Source: a virus
Taxonomy: Duplodnaviria; Caudoviricetes
Direction: 5' to 3' (one strand)
DNA length: 51,392 bases
IMG/VR virus record: IMGVR_UViG_3300048861_000045
Coordinates: 1-51,392 of that record
The position numbers were made by a program, and so were the translations under genes. The notes under the pieces were generated by a model, which was not told the DNA's origin, did not search any database, and worked only from the letters and a program-made list of their open reading frames with translations. This document shows positions 37,227 to 45,753 of the stretch, in pieces. The stretch's first letter is position 1. Every line of letters begins with the position of its first letter.

Positions 37227-38162
37227 TCATAGCTCGCTGTTATACGCATCCGCAGCGTCAGCTGATGCCCCTCCGACCGCGCCTTCCCAATAACGCGAAA
37301 CAAGCTTCAGCTCTTCCCTTGATTTGCGTTCCCTTTCGAGCGCGGCGTTGAACTTCTTCATATCGAGTCTGCCGACTATAGACGACATGACCAATCTGTC
37401 TATCTCACGCGACGGCAGCGCGTCAAGCTCCCAGGACGTATCACCAAAGCGTCTGATGTACTCCTGTGCTCTGCTGTCAGTGAGCTTCGCTGGATCAGGT
37501 GGAAGGCTGTAGGCTTCTATCTGATCCTGATTTAGCGCCAAGCGCACCAGCTCGACGCCTGCGAGGGTTCTGGTGAACATGTTTAGACGTTCATCGTTGT
37601 CTCGACTCATGTCCAGGCCGCTAGGATCGTGATCGCCCAGGTGGAAGACGGTAATATGCTTTCCCTGGTCCATCTTGCGCCTGAGCCGCACTCCAGCCTC
37701 ATAGAGACCGGACTGAGACGCATACCCCCTGCAAGCGAAGAACGGAACGCGATAGGTGACACAAGGGCGCTCGATCACGCCAACTAGAGCGTCTTTCTCA
37801 ATCCAGACCTCGCAGTAGGCGTCCTGGTCTGCCCACAAGTCCTCAGCAAAGTAATCGGTCTGCTTGGTGACGAAGTGACCAGGGCCATCGTAGGTTGGAA
37901 TCTCACGAACAACGCGCATACGATCTTCAATGGCATCCCAATCGATCAGACCTGCCAGCCTAGCATCGTTGATCACGCTGCCGATTCGCTTGTATTCGCT
38001 CTGCTTGTTTTCGATCAGCTTGCGGTGAACAAACTGGTAGTAGAGCTGGCGAAGGGTTAGTACATAACCCTCGGCCTGATGCTCGCGGATGATGATATTT
38101 GCATGGTCGATGATCGCTCGACTCGACCTGTTGAACCTCTTTTCAATGAACGCTTCTTTCAT
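37227..38162 (-). CDS. Topoisomerase VI subunit A/Spo11-like TOPRIM protein
   Basis: LRQLYYQ (Tyr-bearing winged helix), EVWIEKDA, GDHDPSG and WELDAL. Confidence 0.75.
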   Translation of the reverse strand: MKEAFIEKRFNRSSRAIIDHANIIIREHQAEGYVLTLRQLYYQFVHRKLIENKQSEYKRIGSVINDARLAGLIDWDAIEDRMRVVREIPTYDGPGHFVTKQTDYFAEDLWADQDAYCEVWIEKDALVGVIERPCVTYRVPFFACRGYASQSGLYEAGVRLRRKMDQGKHITVFHLGDHDPSGLDMSRDNDERLNMFTRTLAGVELVRLALNQDQIEAYSLPPDPAKLTDSRAQEYIRRFGDTSWELDALPSREIDRLVMSSIVGRLDMKKFNAALERERKSREELKLVSRYWEGAVGGASADAADAYNSEL

Positions 38163-38401
38163 TGGCCCACCACTCTCCAATTGGTTGCAGTCATGTCGTC
38201 CCAATCAAAAGATGTAGGTGACTCGCGAACACCAAACCTGGGTGAAAGGGTGCGAGTGAACAGATACTTCTTTCCGTTGCTTTCTACTAGGAAAAACGAG
38301 GAGTTAGCGAGGGGCATTCCGTCGCGTGTGATATGTTGACCGGCCTCAAGTGCGGCCTGTGCTTCAGTTATGTTCATCGTTGCTGCAATAACTTGGCCCA
38401 A
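38159..38401 (-). CDS. second DUF2829/Tad2-like protein
   Basis: MNITEAQAALEAGQHITRDG...DDMTATNWRVV; TTG with RBS GGGAG (alternative ATG at 38377). Confidence 0.6.
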   Translation of the reverse strand: MGQVIAATMNITEAQAALEAGQHITRDGMPLANSSFFLVESNGKKYLFTRTLSPRFGVRESPTSFDWDDMTATNWRVVGQ

Positions 38402-38442
38402 TGTAAATCTCCCTGTAAATCTCTGCGTTTGAAAGTTGATGT

Positions 38443-38847
38443 CTAACGAAGCGTCGGCAGTGCCATGTACCAAATGAGCAAATCTCTCGCTTGCTCCCAC
38501 CCGACGCATACGTAACCTGCGAATCCTTCTGCTTTGGCTTCCATTAGGAATGCAGCCTGTTCTTTGCTCGCTCTGCCGCCGACTTTCTTTAGCTCGATAT
38601 AGAGACCGTGATAGCCACCGCGAGGAACCGAGAGAAATATATCTGCTGTCCCTGCTTTAGTTCCAGTCGCCTTCATCTTTGCTGCGACCGCTATGTGACG
38701 TTCACCGCCGTTAGGAATAGCGAACAACAGGTACTTGAATTCTGGATACTTCGTTTGTTGTTCGGGCAATGCGGACCAACAAAACAAAGCCGCTTGGTGG
38801 TTGTCTTCAGTTCCGTTGTGGGCTAATCGTTCAGGCGTTACAGGCAT
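38443..38847 (-). CDS. VRR-NUC nuclease (resolvase-like)
   Basis: EDNHQ, FAIPNGG.R, GTADIFL, LYIELK and EQ. Confidence 0.85.
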   Translation of the reverse strand: MPVTPERLAHNGTEDNHQAALFCWSALPEQQTKYPEFKYLLFAIPNGGERHIAVAAKMKATGTKAGTADIFLSVPRGGYHGLYIELKKVGGRASKEQAAFLMEAKAEGFAGYVCVGWEQARDLLIWYMALPTLR

Positions 38848-38984
38848 CGCACCACCTTCGTGCAACGTCCTTGCTTGCGGAGCAGTTTTCGATGCTGTTC
38901 AACTGAACCGGCGATCAGTGTGATCTCGATCCAATCTTGAGCTATCACGCTCCAAGCGAATAGTTTGCTCTGGTTCGTGCTCAT
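38838..38984 (-). CDS. small hypothetical protein
   Basis: ATGA overlap with the upstream gene. Confidence 0.4.
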   Translation of the reverse strand: MSTNQSKLFAWSVIAQDWIEITLIAGSVEQHRKLLRKQGRCTKVVRCL

Positions 38985-39307
38985 CGGATCAAGCCATCCT
39001 TCTTCAGATTGTGGATCGCTCGACTGATGCAACCATTCCAGATGTACTCAAGCGTTTGGCCGCTCGATGCGCTCACCAGCTCTGACAAGCCTATAAACGA
39101 GTACGCTATGACAAGATTCTTTTCATCAGGCGACAGGAAAATCTCTTTCTTGTCGACCTGGGTAAAGGTTGGTATCAGGTTGTGAAGGTTGAATCGCTTT
39201 TCCTCTGCGGTTGCGTTCAACTGTTCTTGCTGTTCAATGATTCGCTGTTGTTCGGCAGCTTGCTTCGCCTGCCATTCGGGGCTTGAATCGATCTGCGATT
39301 GGGTCAT
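38981..39307 (-). CDS. hypothetical protein
   Basis: First ORF left of attP. Confidence 0.6.
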   Translation of the reverse strand: MTQSQIDSSPEWQAKQAAEQQRIIEQQEQLNATAEEKRFNLHNLIPTFTQVDKKEIFLSPDEKNLVIAYSFIGLSELVSASSGQTLEYIWNGCISRAIHNLKKDGLIR

Positions 39308-39433
39308 GATTGGCCTTTGAACCAGAGTCAGTTAGAGACACCAAGGAAAATGCTCCTCGTAACTAACTGATTCTAAAGTGCCTTCTATAGTCTACAGCGT
39401 AAAGAAAGGCTTTAGAATCAGTACATGTTTTGC

Positions 39434-39478
39434 CTCATAACCCAAAGGTCGTAGGTTCAAATCCTACCCCCGCAACCA
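39434..39478 (+). other. attP: attP core: 3' half of an initiator tRNA-fMet
   Basis: CTCATAACCCAAAGGTCGTAGGTTCAAATCCTACCCCCGCAACCA is the anticodon loop through CCA of a tRNA-fMet with no 5' half; about 95 bp from the integrase stop; flanked by paired AGAGWCA arm-like repeats. Confidence 0.9.
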
Positions 39479-39572
39479 TTTAGCTGCTAAGAGTTAGAGG
39501 CAAAACGAAGAGGAAGGCCAAGAGACAAGATAGAGACACCTAAAATTGGCCTTCCTTACTACGGCAACCTTA

Positions 39573-40790
39573 CTAGTTTCCTTTCTTTCCAAGAATCGCT
39601 TCGATCAGCTTAGTATTCGCTTCACGCTTCAAAGTTAGTGAGCCATCATCGCGACCGTATTCGTTGGTCGTTCGAATGTCAGCATGACGCATAAGCATCA
39701 TCTGAACTTCACTTGGAATACCTTCAGCACGGAGAAGAGTTACATGAGTATGCCGAAACGTATGCCAGCCAAGATTGATGATTGCGTTCCTACTCCCCGC
39801 AGGCGCAAGATGATCAGCCTGAAGCGCGTCTCTGTGAAACGGCCTGCCGGTCGCAAAGCTCTCAAATACCCATCCGTTCTTGCTAACACTGTTGCTTCGC
39901 CAAGCGATCAGCGTTTCAACAAGGTACTGATGGAGTGGAAGTATGGTGTCACTAGCGGCGGTTTTCGCGTTATGGATATTCTTACCCACAGAGCTAAGTT
40001 CGATCAGAATCGTTCCGGCCTCTAAATCAATCTTGTCCCATTTCAAACCCAAAACTTCGCTGATGCGCAGACCAAGGTAGAGGCACAGTTTGCTCATAAC
40101 CTTGACGTGCTCTTCCAGGTTTTTATCAGCCATCAACTTGAAGAACTGATTGAGCGTGAGCGGAATCTTCAAACGCTTCCTGGGTTGAATGCCGACCGTC
40201 TTGATCTCGATCAACGCAATCGGATTTACCTGCCTCGGCATGTAGCCCCACTTCATTGCGCAATTGATCATGCGATGGAGCAACGCCTTCACACTCTGCT
40301 TGCTCTTCTTTGAAAGCGGTCTCCCTGGTCTACCTTTGATGAACTTCCCTCTCGTTACTCGATCCTCTGTGGGAAACGTCTTGAGATCGCGCAACCAATT
40401 TTGGATAGCCATAAGATCGATCAACATTTCTTCCAGCGGCACATCAGACCAGCGTTCCTTTATATGGCGCAACTGAGACTTGTAAGAGAGAACAGTCTGA
40501 TTGCGAAGCGTCACTTCCTCATTCGCTATTTCTGTCAAACCTAGTTCATCGGTCTCATACTTGGCCGCAAGATGACCAAACGTATGAACCATCATTCGAT
40601 TATCGGTCAATCCCGGCATCAACCTAGCGGCTTCGCGAAGCGCGTCAGCCTTTGTCGGCAATGACATTTCAGTGCCGATAGTGAGAGCTTTGCGCTTGCC
40701 GTCCTTGTTGTAGCGCAGAACCCAACGTTTACCCTTGTTGGTCTCAATTGGCTGAACGGTGCCAGCTTGGAATGTATGACGGCGGCTCAT
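39573..40790 (-). CDS. int: tyrosine integrase
   Basis: GLRISE, AKT, HTFRH and MRHADIRTTNEY catalytic residues; N-terminal arm-binding-like region. Confidence 0.95.
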   Translation of the reverse strand: MSRRHTFQAGTVQPIETNKGKRWVLRYNKDGKRKALTIGTEMSLPTKADALREAARLMPGLTDNRMMVHTFGHLAAKYETDELGLTEIANEEVTLRNQTVLSYKSQLRHIKERWSDVPLEEMLIDLMAIQNWLRDLKTFPTEDRVTRGKFIKGRPGRPLSKKSKQSVKALLHRMINCAMKWGYMPRQVNPIALIEIKTVGIQPRKRLKIPLTLNQFFKLMADKNLEEHVKVMSKLCLYLGLRISEVLGLKWDKIDLEAGTILIELSSVGKNIHNAKTAASDTILPLHQYLVETLIAWRSNSVSKNGWVFESFATGRPFHRDALQADHLAPAGSRNAIINLGWHTFRHTHVTLLRAEGIPSEVQMMLMRHADIRTTNEYGRDDGSLTLKREANTKLIEAILGKKGN

Positions 40791-41248
40791 TCAGACACCG
40801 CCTCAAAGCTACGCGACCAGTCCGAAAGCAGACGTGCCCAAACGTTTCCATTCTCGCCCTGATATACGACGGTTGGTTCATAGTCAGGATTAGTCGAGGC
40901 TGTATTCGCTATGAGCAGAACTGTGTAGAGGTTGCCATTGCGATGCTTCCAACGCGAACCGGGCACGATCTCTTCAATCAACCAAGAACCCTGAATAAAC
41001 TTGCTGTAAGCATGAGCAGGAAATTGATCCATTAGCTCACGGAGGTTGCGTTTGCCGTCTTCCGTGATCTGCTCACGTAGACTATCGCTCGGCATCGTTT
41101 CGCGAGACAAAAGCAACTGCTCACACTTGCAACCTGGGTGATTGCACTTGCCGTACTCGATACGCGAGACGGTGTTGTCTAGGTGAAAACCACGACCGTG
41201 AAAGCATCCGGCTCGCACACACATCGCATTTTGGTTCTGATCGCTCAT
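40787..41248 (-). CDS. hypothetical protein with C-terminal DUF1653-like SH3 domain
   Basis: GSRWKHRNGNLYTVL..VVYQ..G.VWAR; N-terminal Cys/His cluster. Confidence 0.65.
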   Translation of the reverse strand: MSDQNQNAMCVRAGCFHGRGFHLDNTVSRIEYGKCNHPGCKCEQLLLSRETMPSDSLREQITEDGKRNLRELMDQFPAHAYSKFIQGSWLIEEIVPGSRWKHRNGNLYTVLLIANTASTNPDYEPTVVYQGENGNVWARLLSDWSRSFEAVSE

Positions 41249-41297
41249 TGAATGTCCTATGTACTTCTGATAGTTCCGTATCGGTAATGCTACTGCT

Positions 41298-41573
41298 CTA
41301 GCGCGGTGTGGATTCTGGAAAAGGCTTGTTCCAAGGTGGAGCAGGAATGTTACGCCGTGGTGCAGGAAGCGAAGAATCAGACGGTCCACCGTTGCCCTTC
41401 AAAGGATCGAACGGCAAAGGCTGCGCAGGCCGATCAGTCAAATCCTGAATGTAGTTGTTCAACGCCACTTCGCTTGACCAAAGCTTTTTCTGCTGAATAA
41501 GAAATTCAGCCTTGTCGTTTACAACTTCTTCAGTTAGTTCTTTCAACCGCTCTGCCTGATCTTCTGTCATCAT
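41298..41573 (-). CDS. hypothetical protein
   Basis: ORF downstream of the tRNA; coiled coil plus Pro-rich tail. Confidence 0.45.
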   Translation of the reverse strand: MMTEDQAERLKELTEEVVNDKAEFLIQQKKLWSSEVALNNYIQDLTDRPAQPLPFDPLKGNGGPSDSSLPAPRRNIPAPPWNKPFPESTPR

Positions 41574-41621
41574 CTCTCGCCTCGTTTTTCTACCATGACC
41601 GAATTTGTGGATCGAATTTCT

Positions 41622-41698
41622 TGGACCTCGCATCGGGATTCGAACCCGAAGCCCCCAACTTATGAGGTTGGCGCTCTAACCGATTGAGCTATGCGAGG
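41622..41698 (-). tRNA. tRNA with CAU anticodon (elongator Met or Ile2), CCA encoded
   Basis: CCTCGCA/TGCGAGG acceptor stem, GCTC/GAGC D-arm, CCAAC-CTCATAA-GTTGG anticodon arm, TCGGG-TTCGAAT-CCCGA T-arm. Confidence 0.93.
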
Positions 41699-41704
41699 AA
41701 GCCT

Positions 41705-41944
41705 TCAATTGAGGCATACGTTCGTGTTCGCCTGCCGACGCATGTATTCCTCAACCTGGGAGAGCTTGAAGCGCCAGTAGGTCTTCTTCCCGTTTTGCAT
41801 CTTGGCTCCTGGGAGCTTCCCTGCATTTGCAAGCTTACGAACGTGGTCATGTTCAAACCCAATGAACTCTCCGACCGTCTTCGCATCCACCCAGGGTTCA
41901 ATTGCTGGTGTGGTTGACGTATTTTCCTGTGAACTGTGGCCCAT
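41705..41944 (-). CDS. xis: excisionase-like HTH protein
   Basis: WVDAKTVGEFIG...VRKLANAGKLPG.K...WRFKLSQVEEY; heads the operon that ends in int. Confidence 0.8.
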   Translation of the reverse strand: MGHSSQENTSTTPAIEPWVDAKTVGEFIGFEHDHVRKLANAGKLPGAKMQNGKKTYWRFKLSQVEEYMRRQANTNVCLN

Positions 41945-41970
41945 TGCCGTCTCCGTGTTGACTATTGACG

Positions 41971-41999
41971 ACAGTACCAGCGATTCTAAACAGTGTCAA
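41971..41999 (-). promoter_or_regulatory. xis/tRNA/int promoter TTGACA-N17-TACTGT with operator 41956-41973 over the -10/+1
   Basis: Consensus -35, 17-nt spacer, TGTTGACTATTGACGACA. Confidence 0.7.
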
Positions 42000-42216
42000 C
42001 GGCTTTTTATACGTCAAAAGTAGTATTTAGGTGGCTTTCTCTGTGCAAAAACTACCCGAAATGACGCAAAAGTTCGCACCATAGGGAAGATTTTACCGAA
42101 AGCAGCCTATAGACGACCGTAATACCGCCTATCAACTACAGGCTGCTTCGCGTACATCGGCTATGGACGATCAAACGATTGGCGCTCGTTACATTCTTGA
42201 TGCCCACAATGAATCC

Positions 42217-42483
42217 TCAAACTCCCTTTACTAATTGCGAGATCGTCATCGAGAACACTTCGGCCAATTGCGCCAGCGTATCAATAGTAGGAGCCTTCTT
42301 TCCGTTCTCTAGGTCGCTAATGTAACTGCGATCCAGCTCGGATGCTGTTGCAAGCTGTAGTTGCGTCAAACCACGCTCTGACCTCAGTTCCGCTAACTTG
42401 ATTCCAAACCTGCTCGCTGGTGTTGATGTCGGTCTATACGTTGGTGGTGGTGTTCCATCATGGTTATGCATAGTCGTCTCCAT
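42217..42483 (-). CDS. XRE-family HTH transcriptional regulator
   Basis: LRSERGLTQLQLATASELDRSYISDLENGKKAPTIDTL; no peptidase domain; RBS AAGGAG. Confidence 0.9.
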   Translation of the reverse strand: METTMHNHDGTPPPTYRPTSTPASRFGIKLAELRSERGLTQLQLATASELDRSYISDLENGKKAPTIDTLAQLAEVFSMTISQLVKGV

Positions 42484-42819
42484 TACTTCTTCACTCCTTC
42501 TTTTGTCTATTACATCGACCTATTTGATGTTCACTATAGTCCACGTTCTTCATTCTTTATATAAGTATTTTTGTAAAACTTCAATGTAACTTACTGTGTA
42601 TGCAGGTGTTTGCGATGATGATCGTTCTTGCTGTCGACTATTGTCCTCAGTGAGTACGTTATTGGGGTCAGCCCCAGTTTTACTTTGATGTCTAGGATGG
42701 ACGGAGATGCCTCCCGGCGCTCCTGGGTAAGCATTCTTGGGGTGGTGGGGGTCTCCTTGCTCGAATCAGCTCAATCTAAGCCACTTATAGGACGCATTGA
42801 ACAGCTATATGACTCTGTT

Positions 42820-43370
42820 TACATCATAACTTGTTCATTCTATTGATGATATGTATGTACATCGTTGGGTTATGTACCAAACGAGCATGATCAATATGGT
42901 GCGTTTATCATAACCTGTTGATTATAAAGAAGTTATGACATAACGCGTTTAGAATCATACATATAAGTCACTTTGGAGCTGTTTCAAGGGTCAAAAGTAG
43001 TCAAAAATCATAACGTCTAAATCCTATTTTTCATATCTAAATATATATAGAATCAATAAGTTATGTAAGTTATGAAGTTATGGAACTCCTAGCAAACGGT
43101 GTTAGAGCAGTGATAACTTCAATGGATTTAGGGTCAGTCCCAACTATCTAGGTTATATGTCATAACTCCATAACTTTCATAACTTGGTCATTCTATTGGA
43201 GTTACGCTATAAAAAGCACATATTGACGTTATGATTCGATCTCCATCTAACAATAATTCGTAATATCGCATTCATTCTAAAGAGGTTATGTCATAACTCC
43301 TTTATTTCCAATAACCTGTAACTTGTTGAGAACACTCAGGTTATGACATAACGCCTTTAGAATCAATAGC
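42820..43370. repeat. AT-rich iteron cluster (CATAAC/GTTATG), probable replication origin
   Basis: 17 exact hexamer copies counted by eye, three GTTATGWCATAAC palindromes, opposed triplets and IHF-like sites. Confidence 0.7.
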
Positions 43371-43483
43371 ATATTTCAGTCGACAAGCGACGACAAACCA
43401 ACGAATCAAGCACCAATAACAGCCCAATCACTGTAGTCAATCAACTACGGTGAGGTTGTCGTATTTATTTGCGATTTATTTCG

Positions 43484-43521
43484 TATCGACTATTGACAAC
43501 ACAACGAACGTTTGAGAATCT
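43484..43521 (+). promoter_or_regulatory. early promoter (TTGACA at 43493; weak -10 GAATCT with TG extension) overlapped by operator 43484-43501
   Basis: Consensus -35 inside TATCGACTATTGACAACA; RBS GGAGG downstream. Confidence 0.5.
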
Positions 43522-43551
43522 ATAGAAGCTTCATCAACGGAGGTTAGAAAG

Positions 43552-44274
43552 ATGCAGAGTCAACAAGACACAAAGCGAGTGACGGCTAAGCAACAAAGCC
43601 AGTCCGCTAGACCACAACTTAGCAAATGGGCACAAGACAAACAGCGCGTAACTGAAGCGATTGCGTCTTTCCCCAAAACGTTCTCTTTACGCGCATACAA
43701 GGGAACGTTTTCCATTTGCCCCAATGCTTCATATGTAAATGACTCAGATGATGTCCAGCTAGTTGTCATCAACGCTGATACCAATCAGGAGCTTTGCAAA
43801 GGCTACATCGCTGAGCTGAGCGACGAAATCGTTATTACCGATGCTGCCATCATCGAAGTTGTCAAGAAACAGGCTGATCAGCAGAACGTGCATTTGAGCG
43901 ATGCTGAGGCTTTGGCTATTGGCAAACAGAATCTTCCCATAGATCGCGAACAGCGCATCGCTGACGCCTTTGGTATCAAGTACGGTGTTACTGCTGATGC
44001 GCCTTGCACTGGCTGCACCGTTGCAGGTTGCGAGTGTGGTTTGATTCCTGTTGAACCGAGCGTGACTCTCAAATGCGGTATGAAACATGGATGCATTGAG
44101 CCTGTCACCCATATAGACAACAAAGGTTTTTTGTATTGCGTTTCTTGCGCTGCAATTAGACACAATACTCATCCAGTTCGCGCTATGCGCAAATGGGAGA
44201 TAGCTCGTCTGGAAAATGGAAAAACAATTTGGTACGAGCGCAAATCGCGTTTGTCCTATAAGGACGGAGAGTAG
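43552..44274 (+). CDS. early hypothetical protein with Cys-rich C-terminal modules
   Basis: Strong RBS GGAGG; CTGC..CEC and C..C..CVSC. Confidence 0.75.
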   Translation: MQSQQDTKRVTAKQQSQSARPQLSKWAQDKQRVTEAIASFPKTFSLRAYKGTFSICPNASYVNDSDDVQLVVINADTNQELCKGYIAELSDEIVITDAAIIEVVKKQADQQNVHLSDAEALAIGKQNLPIDREQRIADAFGIKYGVTADAPCTGCTVAGCECGLIPVEPSVTLKCGMKHGCIEPVTHIDNKGFLYCVSCAAIRHNTHPVRAMRKWEIARLENGKTIWYERKSRLSYKDGE

Positions 44275-44278
44275 CGAA

Positions 44279-44374
44279 GTGACCACGTTTTCAGCCCTTG
44301 TCATCCTGGCTGTTTCTGTTGTGGTCAGCTTTGGAACCTTGTTCGTATTCGCAGTTCTAACGACGTTGCTTTGA
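44279..44374 (+). CDS. 31-aa single-TM peptide
   Basis: MTTFSALVILAVSVVVSFGTLFVFAVLTTLL; RBS GGAG; not in the ORF track. Confidence 0.4.
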   Translation: MTTFSALVILAVSVVVSFGTLFVFAVLTTLL

Positions 44375-44383
44375 GGTTTCACC

Positions 44384-44530
44384 ATGAACTATGCAGTATG
44401 CTTCTTTATCGTTTGTGTGTTGTTCTTCCCTGCTTTGGCTGAGCTAGTCAAGCGCGTGATTTGTGGCGCGTTTTATAAGCAGAAGCCTGTCGTCTATAGT
44501 CAGCAACCTATTCGCATCAAGCGAGGTTAG
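44384..44530 (+). CDS. 48-aa membrane peptide
   Basis: RBS GAGG; hydrophobic N-terminus and basic tail; not in the ORF track. Confidence 0.45.
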   Translation: MNYAVCFFIVCVLFFPALAELVKRVICGAFYKQKPVVYSQQPIRIKRG

Positions 44531-44534
44531 ATCA

Positions 44535-44666
44535 ATGGAATATTCAACCTGCAATAACTGCCAAAGCAAGATAGCAAGCTTGAATGGCGCGAAATGGATT
44601 CATGTTTTTGAGGTTTACCGTCTGCGATGCGGCAAACCAAACCCAATTGAAACTAAGCAGCTTTAG
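44535..44666 (+). CDS. small Cys/His protein
   Basis: RBS GAGG; CNNC...WIH...C. Confidence 0.5.
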   Translation: MEYSTCNNCQSKIASLNGAKWIHVFEVYRLRCGKPNPIETKQL

Positions 44667-44736
44667 CCTGTCGACTATTGCCAACAATCAACCATCAACC
44701 TAGTCCGCACATAGCGAGTGACAGGAGAGAAACAAG

Positions 44737-45753
44737 ATGCGTTATAAAGTTCGCACTCACGAAATTGGTCATCTTTGGGCACATCAATCACAGGACAGAG
44801 CTGATGCGTCAAATATGTCCTTCAATGGCGTCAACTTCCGTTCTTATCAAGCTTGCATTGCTTCAATCGTAACCAACAAGAAAGGCGACAAAGCATATTT
44901 GCTTTCGTCGCGCAAATGGAGCGTCACTACATCTCAACATCAATCAGATGTCAGAAGCGCAATTCCTAACGACGCAAAAATTATCTATTGCCTTGATCCC
45001 ACAGTTGGCAATGGTCGAATGTATGTTCCAGTTGGCAACGATGAAGAGTACGACGAGAACAAACATGGATGGATGGATGATCCAGAAGGCAAGCATCCTG
45101 ATCACAACAAAAATTTAGAATATTGGCGCGGTACGTTTGATGGTGAGCTTGAGACAGCGAACAAGTCTCGCGAACCAAAGAAAACTCGCCTGATGCAAGA
45201 AGCAGCGGCAACGCTGGAACAGATGCGCGAATATGCTGCATTCTTCGGTCTGAAAAAAGTCAAGTATCCGAAGATGCCGGTAAACAAAGATGAGCTTGCA
45301 TCGTTGATCGAGACACGCGAACGTCAAAAAGCTAAAGCCGAAGCAGCGCGAAAGAAGCGCATCGAAGAGCAGAACAAAGAAAAGATTGCAGAGGCAAAGG
45401 AATACATGCACGATTGGTTGGTTGATCCAACTGTGCGCTATAACGATTATTTCCGTTTTCTTCCCACAGAGCTTCGGATAGTTGGCGACGAGATCGAAAC
45501 GTCACGTGGTGCGCGGTTCCCTGTTACTCATGCGAAACGTGGTCTAGCTCTTGTTGAGTCTGTAATAGCTCGCGGTGAAGAGTGGAGACGCAACGGCCAA
45601 ACCTGCAAACTCGGTTTCTATCAAATCGACAACATTGAAGCTAACGGAACAGTCCATGCAGGTTGCCACACTGTACCCTATGCCGCTATTGCTCGCGTAC
45701 GCGAAGCCATTGTTGCTTTCGTAGCTGTCGCAGAAGAAAGCGAGGTTGCATAA
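44737..45753 (+). CDS. early hypothetical protein
   Basis: 338 aa; RBS AGGAG; HLWAHQ..WSVTTSQHQ..ETSRGA..AGCH. Confidence 0.8.
   Translation: MRYKVRTHEIGHLWAHQSQDRADASNMSFNGVNFRSYQACIASIVTNKKGDKAYLLSSRKWSVTTSQHQSDVRSAIPNDAKIIYCLDPTVGNGRMYVPVGNDEEYDENKHGWMDDPEGKHPDHNKNLEYWRGTFDGELETANKSREPKKTRLMQEAAATLEQMREYAAFFGLKKVKYPKMPVNKDELASLIETRERQKAKAEAARKKRIEEQNKEKIAEAKEYMHDWLVDPTVRYNDYFRFLPTELRIVGDEIETSRGARFPVTHAKRGLALVESVIARGEEWRRNGQTCKLGFYQIDNIEANGTVHAGCHTVPYAAIARVREAIVAFVAVAEESEVA

Noticed and set aside
39434-39478. Second functional tRNA gene
   Set aside because: Only the 3' half is present and the upstream sequence cannot form the D-arm or acceptor stem; it is the attP core.
42820-43370. CRISPR array in the AT-rich region
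   Set aside because: The repeats are 6-13 bp, occur in both orientations and are irregularly spaced.
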